Assembly: GCF_006345805.1 (NCBI RefSeq)
Contig: NC_043014.1
Coordinates: 42,036,001-42,100,000 of the forward strand
DNA length: 64,000 nucleotides
Source: Octopus sinensis
Taxonomy: Eukaryota
Direction: 5' to 3'
Of this stretch, positions 10,513 to 24,228 are shown piece by piece; the first letter of the stretch is position 1, and each line of letters opens with the position of its first letter. The notes beneath the pieces were generated by a model, which worked only from the letters and a program-made list of their open reading frames with translations, did no database searches and was not told where the DNA came from. The translations under genes and the position numbers were made by a program.

Positions 10513-11771
10513 TTCAATTTTTGTTTTATTTACATAAAGATTAGATCACAATATAAATTGCCAGGACACAAAGAAAAATTACACGATAAAACAAAATCGG
10601 GAATTAAGCAGCAGAAGATGGGCAGGGGGTAGGTAACCGGTTGTACACCCACCAGAATAGCGTGCTAATTGAGATCAACGCCATGTTATTTCGGAATTCA
10701 AGACTATGTAAATTCAACAATCATGCGAGTCGAAAACGCATTAACCGGGTTTTCTCCCCAAAATATGTATGTGCGTATAAGGCGGCGAGCTTATGTGCGT
10801 ATAACGGCAGAACCGTTAGCACGCCGGGCGAAATGCTTTGTGCCGCTGTGTTCTGAGTTCAAATTCCGCCGGGGTCGACTTTGCCTTCCATCCTTTCGGG
10901 GTCGATAAATTAAGTACCAGTCACACACTGGGATCGATATAATCGACTTAATCCGTTTGTCTGTCATTGTTTGACCTCTCTGTGTTTAGCCCCTTGTGGG
11001 TAGTAAAGAAATGGGTATTTCGCCTGCCGTTACGTTGTGAGTTCAAATTCCGCCGAGGTCGACTTTGCCTTTCATCCTTTCAGGATAGATTAAATTAAGT
11101 ACCAGTTATGCACTGGGCCGATGTAATCGACTTAATCTGCTTTTCTGTCCTTGTTTGACCTCTTTGTATTTAGCCCCTTGTGGGTAGTAAAGAAATGGGT
11201 ATTTCGTCTGTCTTTACGTTCTGAGTTCAAATTCCGCCGAGGTCGACTTAATCCGTTTGTCTGTCCTTGTTTGTCCCTTCTATGTTTAGCCCCCTATGGG
11301 CAATAAAGAAATAAATATGTATGTGCGTATGTATGCATGTTTATATATGCATGTATGTGCGTATGCATATATATACATGTATTTGTATGTGTGCATGCGT
11401 GTGTGTATTGTGTGTTTGTGTGTGTATCATTTGTAGATGTAAATATCGGTGAGATAATCAATAACCAATACTCACAAACAAAAGTAGCATTTTGTACTTG
11501 TCCTCCGAGTATCAGAAATACTCTCTTATCCCTCCCGCATCGAAAAAGCAGTGAACCATAAACTGTTACGTTAGAATCATGTAATATGTTCACGAAATGT
11601 AGTCTAAAATAAATATTGATAAAATTTGACTCTCGCCTCTGGTAAATATTAACTTGTAGCCTGCTGATTCATGTTATTTAGCAATTACATCCTTCCATAC
11701 ATAATAGTCCGCATTAATCTTTCGTACTATGTCAAATACAGTACTGATAACCAGTTTCAACAGTTGTCTCT

Positions 11772-11822
<51 letters not shown>

Positions 11823-11948
11823 GAGTCCACCCAGGGACGACAAGTTTATCCTTTTATTAATATTTTTGTATATACAGCAATCCCTCGCCATACAATGGTT
11901 TAAACTTACGTCATTCTTCCCTGACATTGTTTTGCAATTATAAAATAA
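10513..11948 (+). repeat. segmental duplication, copy 2
   Basis: Matches 5345-6608 with an extra SINE body unit. Confidence 0.9.
11766..11839 (+). tRNA. tRNA-Asn(GTT), intact
   Basis: Canonical, T-loop TTCGAGT; part of a duplicated block. Confidence 0.96.
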
Positions 11949-12277
11949 ATACATTACCCTTTCTACTGTTATTTAACAGAGAAGAGAGAAAGACATTATA
12001 GTTTTGACATTCTTTAAAGTTCTGTCGAGAATCATTTACATTTCCTTGGTTTTTCTTTTATTCTTTTACTTGTTTCAGTCATATGACTGTGGCTGTGCTG
12101 GAGCACCGCATCTAGTCGAAGAAATTGACCCGAGGTCTTATTCTTTGTAAGCCTAGTACTTACCCTATCGGTCTTTTTTGTCGAACCACTGAGACATAAC
12201 ACACCAACATCGGTTGTCAAGCGACGGTGGGGAACAAGCACAGACATGCAAATATGCATATATGTGTGGGTATATAT

Positions 12278-12377
12278 NNNNNNNNNNNNNNNNNNNNNNN
12301 NNNNNNNNNNNNNNNNNNNNNNNNNNNNNNNNNNNNNNNNNNNNNNNNNNNNNNNNNNNNNNNNNNNNNNNNNNNNN
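12278..12377. other. assembly gap (100 N)
   Basis: Exactly 100 N, typical of an unsized scaffold join. Confidence 0.99.
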
Positions 12378-13136
12378 GTATGTATGTGTTTGTGTGTATA
12401 CATATATGTGAACATACACAGAGAGGGAGAGCAATAGAGATACCGAGGGAGAATAAAGAGCTGAGACACATAGAATAATAATAGTGAAATACAAATAATA
12501 CAGAGAGAGAGTAGAACTACGGGAATGATAAGGACGCAGAGAAGTATACAATACGCATACACACACACACACACAGACAGAAGCACACACACGCACACAG
12601 AAACACATACATGCACACATATTGACATAACAAAAAAATGAATAAGGCCACTTATGTACTTAAATATTGATCAACGACGAAAACCGTGGGTGGTTTGAAA
12701 ATGGTTGTTTTCATTGTAGACTTGTGGGGGGGGGGTCTTTGTTTTTCTTTTATTTGTTTCATTTAGGGATCTGGAAACAACCGCATACTGGCCTACAGGT
12801 TTTGTAAACAGCTAAACGTAAGTATCGTCTGCGTGATGATGGTGGTGGTGGGAGGAAGGGAAGGAAGGAGGGAAGGAGGGAGTAAGCGCTGTTTTGTCCG
12901 TGGTTAGCCGACATGTTTTTTGTCGTCTGTTGTTGAATCAAACTATCGTGATGTCTATGGCCGGGTAAAGGAAACACGGCAAAGAATATCAGGTGCATCC
13001 ATGTATGAGTATCTTGGTGTTATCGTTGCCGTGTTTGTTTTGCGTTTTGATTTCATTTGGTTTGCTCGCCTGAAGATGGAGATGTACTAAGTATTAGATG
13101 CATATACATATACGTACGTGTGTGTATATATATATG

Positions 13137-13219
<83 letters not shown>

Positions 13220-13599
13220 CATACACACACATATATATATACATACATATATATGTATATGTATCTATATATATGTGTATATATATTAGCTTAAAAGCCT
13301 TCCTATCGGGCGACTTTTAAGCTAGTGTATAGCTTTTAAGCAACTGACCCTGAATGGGAAGATCTGCAAACAGATCTCTGACTTGTCTTGGAGAATTTGT
13401 TGCAGTTGCTACCTTCAGAGTCATATCCCAATGTAGATCATATTCGTCGCAAAAAAAAAGATCATGTAAAAAAAATCGTCGAAAACAATCGCAGTAATAG
13501 AAACACAGGAATCCAAAATTTCAGGATTTCAGGTCTGGATTCGGCCCTGAATGATTTTAATTTACTCACTGTCTCTATGCCTACTATTGTTCTCACTCC

Positions 13600-14090
13600 A
13601 TTCGTCTTTGAACTTTCTTGGTGAAGTTCCCTAGTTACATGGGGGTGTTCTGATCCCCAGGTTCTCACACTATGTGTGTTTAGTTTCCCTGAAACATGTA
13701 AGGTTGCCTCTTCACTAAAAGAAACTCGGGTGAGGAACGCTGAATCCTTAGAAATTCGTTCCAGCATGTTAACTGCAAATACTTTTCGTCTTGGTTTATC
13801 ATTTGGTTCGAGTGCTTCTAAGAGTTGCACTTAGTAAGAGGACATTGTGCTCTATTGAACGTGGTAGCTATAACTGTCTGGCAGCAGAACGTATGGACTT
13901 TGTAGGAGAACTAGCAAAGGCTTGTCTTATACAATCGATGTTTTCCTCAGATAATTTTGATCATCTACCCCTCCCATTATCCAACACTGTTCATCTTTCC
14001 ATAAATTTTGTGTGCCATGCACGAATTGGCGGCCGTGACGCTGGATGTATTCCATACTTAGTTCTGTAGTATCACTGAGCCTGTACGTCC
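13600..14090 (-). mobile_element. Tc1/mariner-superfamily transposase relic (rosa/DD41D-like)
   Basis: QLLEALEPNDKPRRKVFAVNMLERI...FSEEATLHVSGKLNTHSVRTWGSEHPH; upstream HTH region with stops. Confidence 0.75.
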
Positions 14091-14458
14091 GATTTTGTTT
14101 CAATAAATCACGCCTAGTGGCGGTTCAGCAGGCTTTGGTCGGTCCGAGGCTATAATAGCAGACACCTGCACAAGGATATATATATATCCTTACCTTCGAA
14201 ACACGCATAGAGTCGAAACAGGGGCAGCTGAAGAAGGGGAATATTCCTTATGTTGTTTGTCTTGTACTCTGTTTTTTCGTTGTTAAAAAAAGTCCGTTTC
14301 CTTGTTTGATTTTATGTTTTCGTTTCTCGTTGTGTTCTACGTTTATTTGTGGTGTCCTGTACTCATATATGCATGTATATATACATATAGATGTAGGTAT
14401 ATACATATATGTATGTATGTATGTATGTATGCATATGTTTTATTTATTAAATTGTTAT

Positions 14459-14490
<32 letters not shown>

Positions 14491-15080
14491 AACCCGAAAG
14501 AATTACAATGAAAACGGAGACTCGTACATTTTCAAATTTTTCTATTAATTTTATCATTTAATTAATTATACAGCGTAATTAATTAAAATGACCGACACGT
14601 GTTTCTGCAGCGTAGAGAATGTGCGGTCGCATATGCAACCCGCAATTTTCTACCGTACACCTTCATTCATTTCGTCCTGGAACTAAGGTTAACATGAGGT
14701 CAGATGCAAAGTGAATTTTATAGTTATATGAGGTTTCATCCTTTCCTCTTCTCTTTCCTTTTGTATCTAAAACCATAATAAGATAAAGAAATAAGCTAGC
14801 CACGCTTAAATGAATTCTGTTGGTTTCAGACCTCGTATGCGAACGAAGGTGCATATCAGAATATTTCAAGATGCATATGAATAAGAATTAGGCTTACAAA
14901 GAATAAGTCTTGAGGCGGTGCTCCAACATGGCCGCAGTCAAATAACTGAAACAAATAAAGGTATATATATATATTTATTTTTTTTATATTTATATTTTAT
15001 ATTTTATCTAGTTTCAGCTCACGAGCTGTGGCCATGCTGGGGCACCACCATGCTACATGATTTTACTTCACGAATGCTTT

Positions 15081-15302
15081 TTAGCAATTGCCATTTGGTG
15101 TATGAGAGAGTTCGATGCAGCTGCCCTCATCTGCACCTCCTGCCGTGAAGTTGGTTCATCTGGGACACCTGACAGGAAGAGATCCAGTTTTATTTTAAAG
15201 ACATCTACATCCACCCCATGCAGGTCTCTCAGGTCCTTCGGGAGGATATTAAAGAGCTGTGGACCTCTGAAACCCAGGCTATCACAGTATCTTGTCCTAC
15301 AT
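15081..15302 (-). mobile_element. non-LTR retrotransposon ORF2 C-terminal fragment (CR1-group-like)
   Basis: SLGFRGPQLFNILPKDLRDLHGVDVDVFKIKLDLFLSGVPDEP...RAAASNSL. Confidence 0.7.
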
Positions 15303-16361
15303 CTTGATAGCAAATATTATATTATATTATATTATATATAAATATATACGTTTATGTGTTTGTATGTATGTATGTATGTATGTATGTATGTATGTATGTA
15401 TGTATGCGTCTTTGTGTCTCTGTCCTCCACCACCGCTTAACAACCGATTATCGTGCGTTTACGTTCCCATAACTTAGATGTTCGGCAAAAGGAGCCGATA
15501 GAATAAGTACCAGACTTAAAAACGCAAGTAATGGGGGTCGATTCGTTCGACTTAGAATTCTTCAAGGCTGTGCCCCAGCACGGCCTCAGTCACATGGTTG
15601 AAACACGTGAACGAAAAGGATAAAAGATCCTATAACTACACGAGTCTATGACCGGATTCATTGTTTGTTCCTTCTCGAGCCATGCCTGGCTCATTAGGGC
15701 CAGTTTCCCGGTTTCCTTGGCGTATAGGTTCTCCACCTGGACGGGACGCCGGTCCGTCGCAGGTGAGCTGCTAGATGCAGGAGGAAAGAGTGAGAGAAAG
15801 TTGTGGCGAAAGAGTCATCAGAATTTCGCTATTACCTTCTGCCGGAGCCGCGTAGAGCTTAGGTGTTTCGCTCATAAACACACACTTCGCCCGGTCTGAG
15901 ATTCAAACCCGAGATTCGCCCGGTCTGAGATTCGAATCCCTTGAGCGCGAGTCCGCTGCTCTAACCACTAGGCCATGTGCCTCCGGATTCATTCATCTTC
16001 CAGTGCGCCCTTTTCAGACAAGACTGTCATATTAGACGAGGTGATTTCTGAAAGTAAATTTAACTGCTATTACTAGCGGATCGGCCGACCACTTACAGGC
16101 TCCCCTTTTGCTTCATTTAACTACACAAGTTTAAACAGCCATGTCAGCGTGTTAAACAAGCTGTTGTTTATATTTGTACAGGTAAGCATGCGTGGCTTGG
16201 CATGCTAGAGGTTGGTAGCTTGTTTTTTTTACTATTTACACCTGCCCCGAAAATATCCTTTGATGTACGAAGTATGAGGTTTAAAGCCTGTTGCTTTCTG
16301 CTTTTTCATCATTACTGTGTATTCTGGCACTGATGATGTTTGTAGTAGCAGCAGCAGTACC

Positions 16362-16401
<40 letters not shown>

Positions 16402-16699
16402 ATGGTCGTAGTATTAGTAATGATTGTGGTGGTGGTGGTGGTGGCGGTGATTGGTGTGTTGGTGGTAGTGATGGTGGTACCTGTGGTGTTGCAGTTTGTA
16501 ATGTGTGGGGATGATGCAGTTGTATTAGTTGTAGTAGGGGGGGTGAGGTGGCGGTGGTTACGGTACCAGTGGTGGTAGTGACGCTGGCGGTGGTGATAGT
16601 GGTGGTGGCGGTGCTGGTGGTGGTGGTGGTGGTGGTGGTGGTGGTGGTGGTGGTAGTGCTGGTGCTGGTTTTTGATTGGTGGCAGTGAGCCGACGGTGT

Positions 16700-17510
16700 T
16701 GGTTGAAACCACAATATAAACCTCCTCGTCGAAGCAAGAGACCGTCGGACTCTTAGGCGAATTGTTAGAAAGGATCACAAAAGCACAGCTCCCAAAATTA
16801 CTGCAGAACTTAATGATCACCTCGAGAACCCAGTTCGCCGGGAGCTGCACAAAGCCGGATTTCATGGAAGGGCTGTAATCAGAAAACCACTAGTTTCAAA
16901 AACAAACGTTGCAAAGAGTTTAGAGTGGAGTAAAAACCTACAGAATTGGTTCCTAGAGCAGTGGAAGAATGTTATTTTCTCGGACGAGTCAACCGTTACC
17001 TTATTTCCGACCACCGGCCGAGTATACGTGTGGAGACAGCCAAAAGAAGCATTGAACCCAGACTACCTTCTTCCAACTGTTAAACACGGAGGAGGGTCTG
17101 TGATGATCTGGGGCGGGGAAATATCTTGGAAATCTGCTGGCCCAATGGTTTCCCTTCATGGCAGAATTAATAGTCAAGACTCTAAGCATTTTATCAAATC
17201 AAATTCATCCTAAGGTTGCAGAACTGATTCTGGTGGGAAACGCAATCTTTCAGGATAATAATGCACCAATTCACACTGCTAAAGTTGTTACTGAATGGCA
17301 CGAGGAACGTTATAGTGAAGTTGAACATCTTATCTGGCAATCACAGTCACCAGATCTCAATATCATTGAAGATTTGTGGTGCATTTGAGAAAAACAAGTA
17401 AGGAGTCGATATCCTCCACCATCATCACTATAAGAACTGGAGACTGTTTTAGCTGAAGTGTGGACAAAAATTCCTTTGGAAACAATTCAAACTTTGTACG
17501 AGTCCATATA
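16700..17510 (+). mobile_element. Tc1 transposase pseudogene
   Basis: VIFSDES, PTVKHGGGSVMIWG, FQDNNAPIH, SPDLNIIEDLW motifs across frameshifts and stops. Confidence 0.9.
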
Positions 17511-17724
17511 TATAACTTACCGATTCAGCAAAAGAGATCGATAGAATAAGTACCACATTTTTAAAAAAAAAGATGTATGTATGTATGTATGTATGTATGT
17601 ATGTATGTATGTATGTATGTATCTACTTATGTATGTAATGTATCTATTTATGTATGTAATGTATGTATGTATGTACGTATGTATGTATGTACGTACGTAT
17701 GTTTGTGCATATGTGTGTATGTTA

Positions 17725-18055
17725 GTGGAAGGCGTGTGGCTTAGTGGTTGGGGTATTTAGTTCACGATCGTAAGGTCATGAGTTCGATTCCCGGTGGTGT
17801 ATTGTTTCGTTGAGCAAGACACTTTATTTCTCGTTGCTCCAGTTCAGTCAGCTGGCAAAATATGAGTTGCACCTGCATTTCAAAAAGGCCGGCCTTGTCA
17901 CATTCTGTGTCACGCTGAATCTCCCTGAGAACTACGTTAAGGGTACACGTGTCTGTGGAGTGCTCAGCCACTTGCACGCTAATTTCACAAGCAAGCTGTT
18001 CTGTTGATCGTATCAGCTGGGACCCTTGTAGTCGTAAGTGACAGAGTGCCAGTGT
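17725..18055 (+). mobile_element. tRNA-derived SINE (family C: GGCGTGTGGCTTAGTGGTT head)
   Basis: tRNA-like head with GAGTTCGATTCC B box; relatives at ~15740-15985 (-) and ~38100-38430 (+). Confidence 0.75.
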
Positions 18056-18283
18056 GTGTGAGTGTGTGTATGTGTGTGTGTGTGTGTAGGTGTGTGTGTG
18101 TGTGTGTGTGTGTGTAATCATATGTATGTATACACATACACATACAAATAAATATAGGCCTTCTGAGTCAAACAGGTGAGGGAAAACTGCAGAGAAGCTA
18201 GTAAGATGGATTGTACCTGGAATTCAAAGGTCTTGCCGCTTCGTATTTTGTGTCATGCTGAATCAGACGGATAATAATGTTAA

Positions 18284-19671
18284 CACTTTAGCATTTAGAT
18301 TATTTTGTCAAATATAATATTTATTCACATTATTTTGAATTAATCATGCGTTATTACGTAGCTTCAAGATTTCGAAAATGGGATTGTATATTTGCGGGGT
18401 CTTTTGGTACATTAATGTAGTTTTCCAAGCTGAATCTCGGGAGATATTTCACTTTTGTCAGAAATTAAAAAAAAATTTTTTTTTAAAAGAAGTTTAAAGT
18501 TTGATCATTTTCATCCAGTCAGAAAACAGGATTTGGAAGCTGTCATTTTGTGCGTGATAGAACGTGTTATCATTTGTAAACAAACCAAATTCTGCTTTAT
18601 GCAAACCATATAACCCCTTATAGCTTTTTTATTTTGGGGAATTTTCAGAAAATTGTTACGAATTTGTAATCTACACACGGGAATTCATGCGATTATCCAT
18701 AAATAAGATAAAAAAAAGTTTGGTGCGTGATTTAAAGCCTATTTGGCTGTTATTTATAGCACATCTGACGACCACCTCAGTGAGTGGGAAATATTTGTCA
18801 ACACGTGTTTTCTTGCAGACAAAAGAGTGCTCATGCTTGGCTTGTTACTATGAAAACATGCATGAATGTGTCTGTGGTTTACGATTGGTTAAAATTACCC
18901 AAAATTTGCAAACTTTAAAAGCGAATGACTCTTTATTGATTTATAGCGAAAATGAATTTCAAAGCAGTGATCTCTATAGCTTTAAACAGCAAAATGTCTG
19001 TGTATCTGTGTGTCTGTGTGTCCTTTATAAAAATCCACAGATTTTCACGTAAAAGGCTCGCATTTTCTATGGGCTTTCAAAACTGTTTGAGGGTGGTCGT
19101 GAAGATCTTTTCATTTCCCCAGTCACCCCAGAAAGCCATTAAAAAAATCAATAAACCGACCCTTTATGCCCATAAGTTATTTTGCGGCCAAATTCGAGTT
19201 TTTCGCTTTCTTCTGCCTCCTTTTTTGTCCGACTAATGGCATGTCCACAGTCCCGCTAATTTTCCATGATTATGCCGTTCCAGGTATGAAAACCGAAGTC
19301 CAACGAATAATAATTACTCTCATAAAAAGCTCCAACTAGTTCATAAACAACCAAATTAGCCCGGGGCTGAAATGTGATAAGAAACATAGCTCTTGATTTT
19401 GTGAGAAATTTTTACTGCGACCCGACAACGAACAACAAGCGCCGGGTCATAGTGTTAGTTACTCTTTTACTCTTCTACTTGTTTCAGTGATTTGACTGCG
19501 GCCATGCTGGAGCACCACCTTTCATCGAGCAACTCGACCCCGGGACTTATTCTTTGTAAGCCCAGTACTTATTCTATCGGACTCTTTTTGCCGAACCGCT
19601 AAGTGACGGGGACGTAAACACACCAGCATCGGTTGTCAAGCAATGCTAGGAGGACAAACACAGACACACAA

Positions 19672-19704
<33 letters not shown>

Positions 19705-20028
19705 CATATATACAACGGGCTTCTTTCAGTTTCCGTCTACCAAATCCACTCACAAGGCTTTTGTCGGCCCGAGGTTATAGTAGAAGACACTTACCACACA
19801 GCCACTCCTGTGCCTATAAAACTACATTAGCATATAAAACTACATTATTACACCGAATACGAAATCAATTCGAGCAGAACTTAAAGAGATTGAAAACTAA
19901 TGGCCAAACAGAAAAGATCCTATTTTTGCTATGACCATTGTAGGTATGAAAGGCTAGATTCGAGCCATTTTGGACATAGAACCGGTAGAATACTTTGGCT
20001 TGATATGGTCGGTTTAAATGCTAAAGGG
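18284..20028. mobile_element. non-autonomous piggyBac-type DNA transposon (with nested SINE)
   Basis: TTAA-CACTTTAGCATTT ... AAATGCTAAAGGG-TTAA; ends match the MITE at 59698-59917 in reverse. Confidence 0.65.
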
Positions 20029-22191
20029 TTAAAAATACATATGTCGGCAGAATATTCAACCACGAATAGATTAATTTAACGAACAGATGAATGCTCATCG
20101 TCGAAACTGATGGAAGATCTATCCGTCATGTGTGTGCGTGCGTGTGCACATGTGTAGTTATGTTTGTATAGATAGATAGATGTATATTTATGTGTGTATG
20201 TATGCGTGTATGTGTATAAGTATATGAGCTATGTATGTATTGATGGATAGACTGTGTGTGCGTATATGTATTTATGCTTGTATGTAGAGACGAATAGATG
20301 GAATAGTATGTATGTTTATGTACGAGACTATGAAACGTATACAGGTATGTATGCATGTATATATGTATGTATATTTATATATAAGTGTATAAAACGTGTA
20401 TATGTATGCATGTACATATGTATGTATGTATGTAGGTAGGTAGATAGGTAGGTACGTACGTTTGCATATATATGAGCACGTATATGTAGGTACATACACG
20501 TATGCATGCAGGTGCGTACGACTGTATGTATACGTGTGTGTGTGCGTGTGTGTGTGTGTGTGTGCGTTTGTGCGCGCGTGTGTGCGTATGTGCAAGTTTC
20601 TAAAGCCGGACCCTGATAAAATGCGATGCGTTTTTATCCATGTTTTGTATGGTGCATACATTTTATGTATGTACGTGTGTATAAGACATAAACACACACA
20701 CACACACACACACGTTCATCTACACACATACATACATGCTCAAATACACACACACGGCGCTGTGTTTATATACATGTCTTTCCTAAATTACTGAATGAAT
20801 ATGCGTCCGTATGTATGTATGTTTGTTTACGTATGTTTATCTTTCCACGCCTGCGTGCCTATATACACAAATGCTAATGTAGACAAATCTACGTTTTCGT
20901 GCGTATACAAATGTACGTAGGTGCGTGTATATGTGTATTATATCTATTATGAATGTATATATATGTATATATGGTAAGTTAAGATACATACGAAGGGAAT
21001 GAGTGGGAGAAAAAAGTCAAGTTCACACGTCTATTCGATTATGTTAAGTGCAAGACATCCCGTCACCGTACGTACCTCCGTCACCATCACCATCACTATC
21101 ACTATCACCATCATCACTTTTGATACTCTTATACATAAGCCACCACCACCTCCGTCATTCTCCTTCTAATATCACTACCAGTTCACTGGGTGCAGAGAAT
21201 CGCTAACAAACTAACATGTATTGGAATCGAGTTTCTTAAATACACTCGTTCAACTTCTCTTTTCTTTCTTTTTTTTTTGCACACAGGTCGCTGGCGACTC
21301 TCGTTGGGGGAAACAAGATGGCCGACAGATGACTGATAAATAACGTCATCAGCATCTTCATAGTCATCATCATCGTCGTCGTCATCCTCATCGCCATTGT
21401 AATTGTCGTCGTCATCATCATCATCATCATTACTGTTTATTACATCTATACGTCAGGTTTAACTAGCATCTGTTTGTAAGAAGTGGAAAAGAAAGGAGAA
21501 GAGGAACGGACAGGGTGAGATGTTTAGAATAGACAAGGAAAGAGAAGGAACGTAAGAAAGAAAGAAAGAAAGAAAGAAGGAAAGAAAGATGTTAAGAAGC
21601 AATGGGAGAGGTAGAGAGGAAGGGAGACAACTTGTGTATGGGTCATGCTCTTGTTTTGTCATCGCTTTTGTTATTATAAAAGCATAGAGGGGGTAGTTTT
21701 TTCGTGAAGATTGTAGTGGTGGTGGCGGCGGCTGTGATGGTGGTGGTGTTGCTTGTTCTAGTGATGGTGGTGGTGGTGGTTATCATTTTTCTCAATGTAA
21801 TTATCTTATTGTATATCCGCCATTCTTTATTTTCGGTACAAAGAACTGTTGTGTCTTGTATCTTATACACAGTGATTAAACTTTTAATTGACCTTTTTTT
21901 CTCATTTCAGCTGCTGCTGCTGCTACTATTGCTGTTGCTGTTGTTGCTATGCTTTCACTTGTTTTAGTCATTTGATGATATTGCAGCCCCTTTACCCTTT
22001 TACTTGTTTCAGTCATTTGACTGTGGCCATGCTAGAGCACCGCCTTTAGTCGAACAAATCTACCCCAGGACTTAGTCTTTGTAAGCCTAGTACTTATGCT
22101 ATCGGTCTCTTATGCCGAATCGCTAAGTTACGGGGATGTAAACGCACCAACATCGGTTGTCAAGCGCTGGTGGGCGGACAAACATAGACAC

Positions 22192-23635
22192 AGGTTGGCG
22201 CGGGTCGTGGACAAACTTGTCACAGAAGCGCAAACTTACGCTGTCCCGGGCAGGTCAATCCATGACAATCTCCACCTTATACGCTACTCCTTAGAGCGAG
22301 TGAGGAAACTTTCTGACGCAGGGGGAGCACTGGTGCATTTAGACCAGTCTAAAGCATTTGATAGGGTCGACCATCGGTACTTGACGGCGGTCCTCGGGGA
22401 GGCTGGCCTGGGCCCGACCTTTCGAGGTCGGATCGCTGCTTTGTATAGCGACATCGAGTCTATCGTCAATGTGAACGGTTTCTTTTCGAAGCCGCTCAGG
22501 ATCGAACATGCAGTTCGTCAGGGGTGTCCCCTGTCTCTGCTTCTGTATGTGTTGGCTCTTGAGCCATTGCTGCAGAAGTTGGAGGCACTAGGGGTGCGCT
22601 GCGTGATCTATGGTGTGGAAGAGGAGCTACAGCGTATGCGGATGACATCTCCATCATCGTGGCAAATGAAGGCCAGCTTCCAGTGGTGGAAGAGGCCATC
22701 AAAAGCTACGAGGCGGTGGCAGGAGCAAAGGTTAACAAGGACAAGTCGGTCAGTTTGCAACTTGGCACCTGGAAGGGCAAGCCGATGGCGTCTAATAACG
22801 TCGTGGGGCGTTGGATGGAAGCTCCTGTTAAGCTGCTTGGAGTCTGGATTGGTCCAGACCTCCAGATAGAGAAAAACTGGAGTGATGTGGCCAGCAGGGT
22901 GACCGTTCTAACCCAGACCTGGTCTGGACGGGCGTTATCCTTGCTAGGGAGGGTGGGGTGGTGCAGATGTTTATAGCATCAGTAATCACCTACCGTCTGA
23001 CTGTGGTGCCTTGCCCCGATTTGTGGCAGAACAAGTTGGAGAGAATCCTTTCCGCTTTTTGTGGAAAGGAGGAAAGCCACTTGTAAAGCGCTCTGTCAGC
23101 TGCCAGAAACCGCTGAAGGGTGGGCTAGGGATGCCTTGGCTGAAGATGCGAAAACGCGCGTTAAGTTTGAGGCACCTCTGGCTTTACCTGGATGGAGAGC
23201 AGTTGTGGTCACCGCACGTTCGGTTCTACCTTCTCCAGTTAACGTCCTTAATGGAAATCGGTGCATGGATCAAGCGGAGACCTAAACTGGGGGAATGGCA
23301 TTTGGAGTGCCATCAGTCACTTCAGCTACACTGTCGAGTGGACAACGCCAGCAACAGGAGTTCCACCGCAGATTTCTATAGCGGGTTAGTGGAATTTATG
23401 TCAGAAGATGCCTTGGGGGAGACCCTGGGCTACGATGAAAATCAGTTGGTCACCCTGTTCCGGGGAACGTTCGGGCCGAGGTATCTGGATAATTACCAGA
23501 AATCCCTGGCCTGGCAGTGTTTCCGTGCGGCGTTACCTGTTCGCGACAAGCTGTCAAGGCACGGAAGTGCCGTCTCGCCGACATGCCCGCGATGTGAGCA
23601 GGATAGGGAAACCGTCTTGCATGCATTCGCCCATG
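22192..23635 (+). mobile_element. Tx1/L1-clade LINE ORF2 fragment (RT + C-terminal zinc finger), frameshifted
   Basis: LDQSKAFDRVDH, RQGCPLS, AYADD, KLLGV, CPRCEQDRETVLHAF; GC-rich relative to flanks; both ends truncated. Confidence 0.92.
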
Positions 23636-24228
23636 TAATCTGTCAGCCATCTTTTCTTTGGCTATATAAAACATGAAACTGCACTTACATGTAAACTGTC
23701 TTTTAGCTGTCACTATCAGCCATGTATAAGCCATGTTATTTCTGTTTTTTGGTCTTTGCCTCAACAGAAAAATTCTTGAAAGTTTAAATCCACGTGTTAT
23801 CCGATTTTTTTATTTTCTTTCGACTGGATACCATTTATCAGCTTCACACAACTGACTCTGCAATTATCCAATTTACTTTGTAAAACACGAAAATGTGAAG
23901 GTACATTTGATTGATCTTGAAAATTTTTAGTACTCTTGAATTTTCCATATTTCAAACTTGTACATACAACTCATGCTTTCTACCAGTTTGATCAGAAGAG
24001 GTCTATTTTTTATTGGTTTGTAGGATGTAAAGGAAAATATACGTAATTCATCATTGTTGTTATCCTTTAATTTCATTAATCTCCTGTACATGTTTACAAC
24101 CACAACACAGGACACCCCATATCTCTAAATATACTCCAATAGACAGACCAAACTATAGAGGATGCCTTACTCACTGTTTAGCAAGATAATCAAAATTGTT
24201 TCAGTCTAACAGAAGAGAACCTCTAGAT

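Noticed and set aside
14208-14250. GAAAC...CTGAAGA strings (also ~57845-57870)
   Set aside because: Order and spacing do not allow stems I and III; just a dispersed repeat family.
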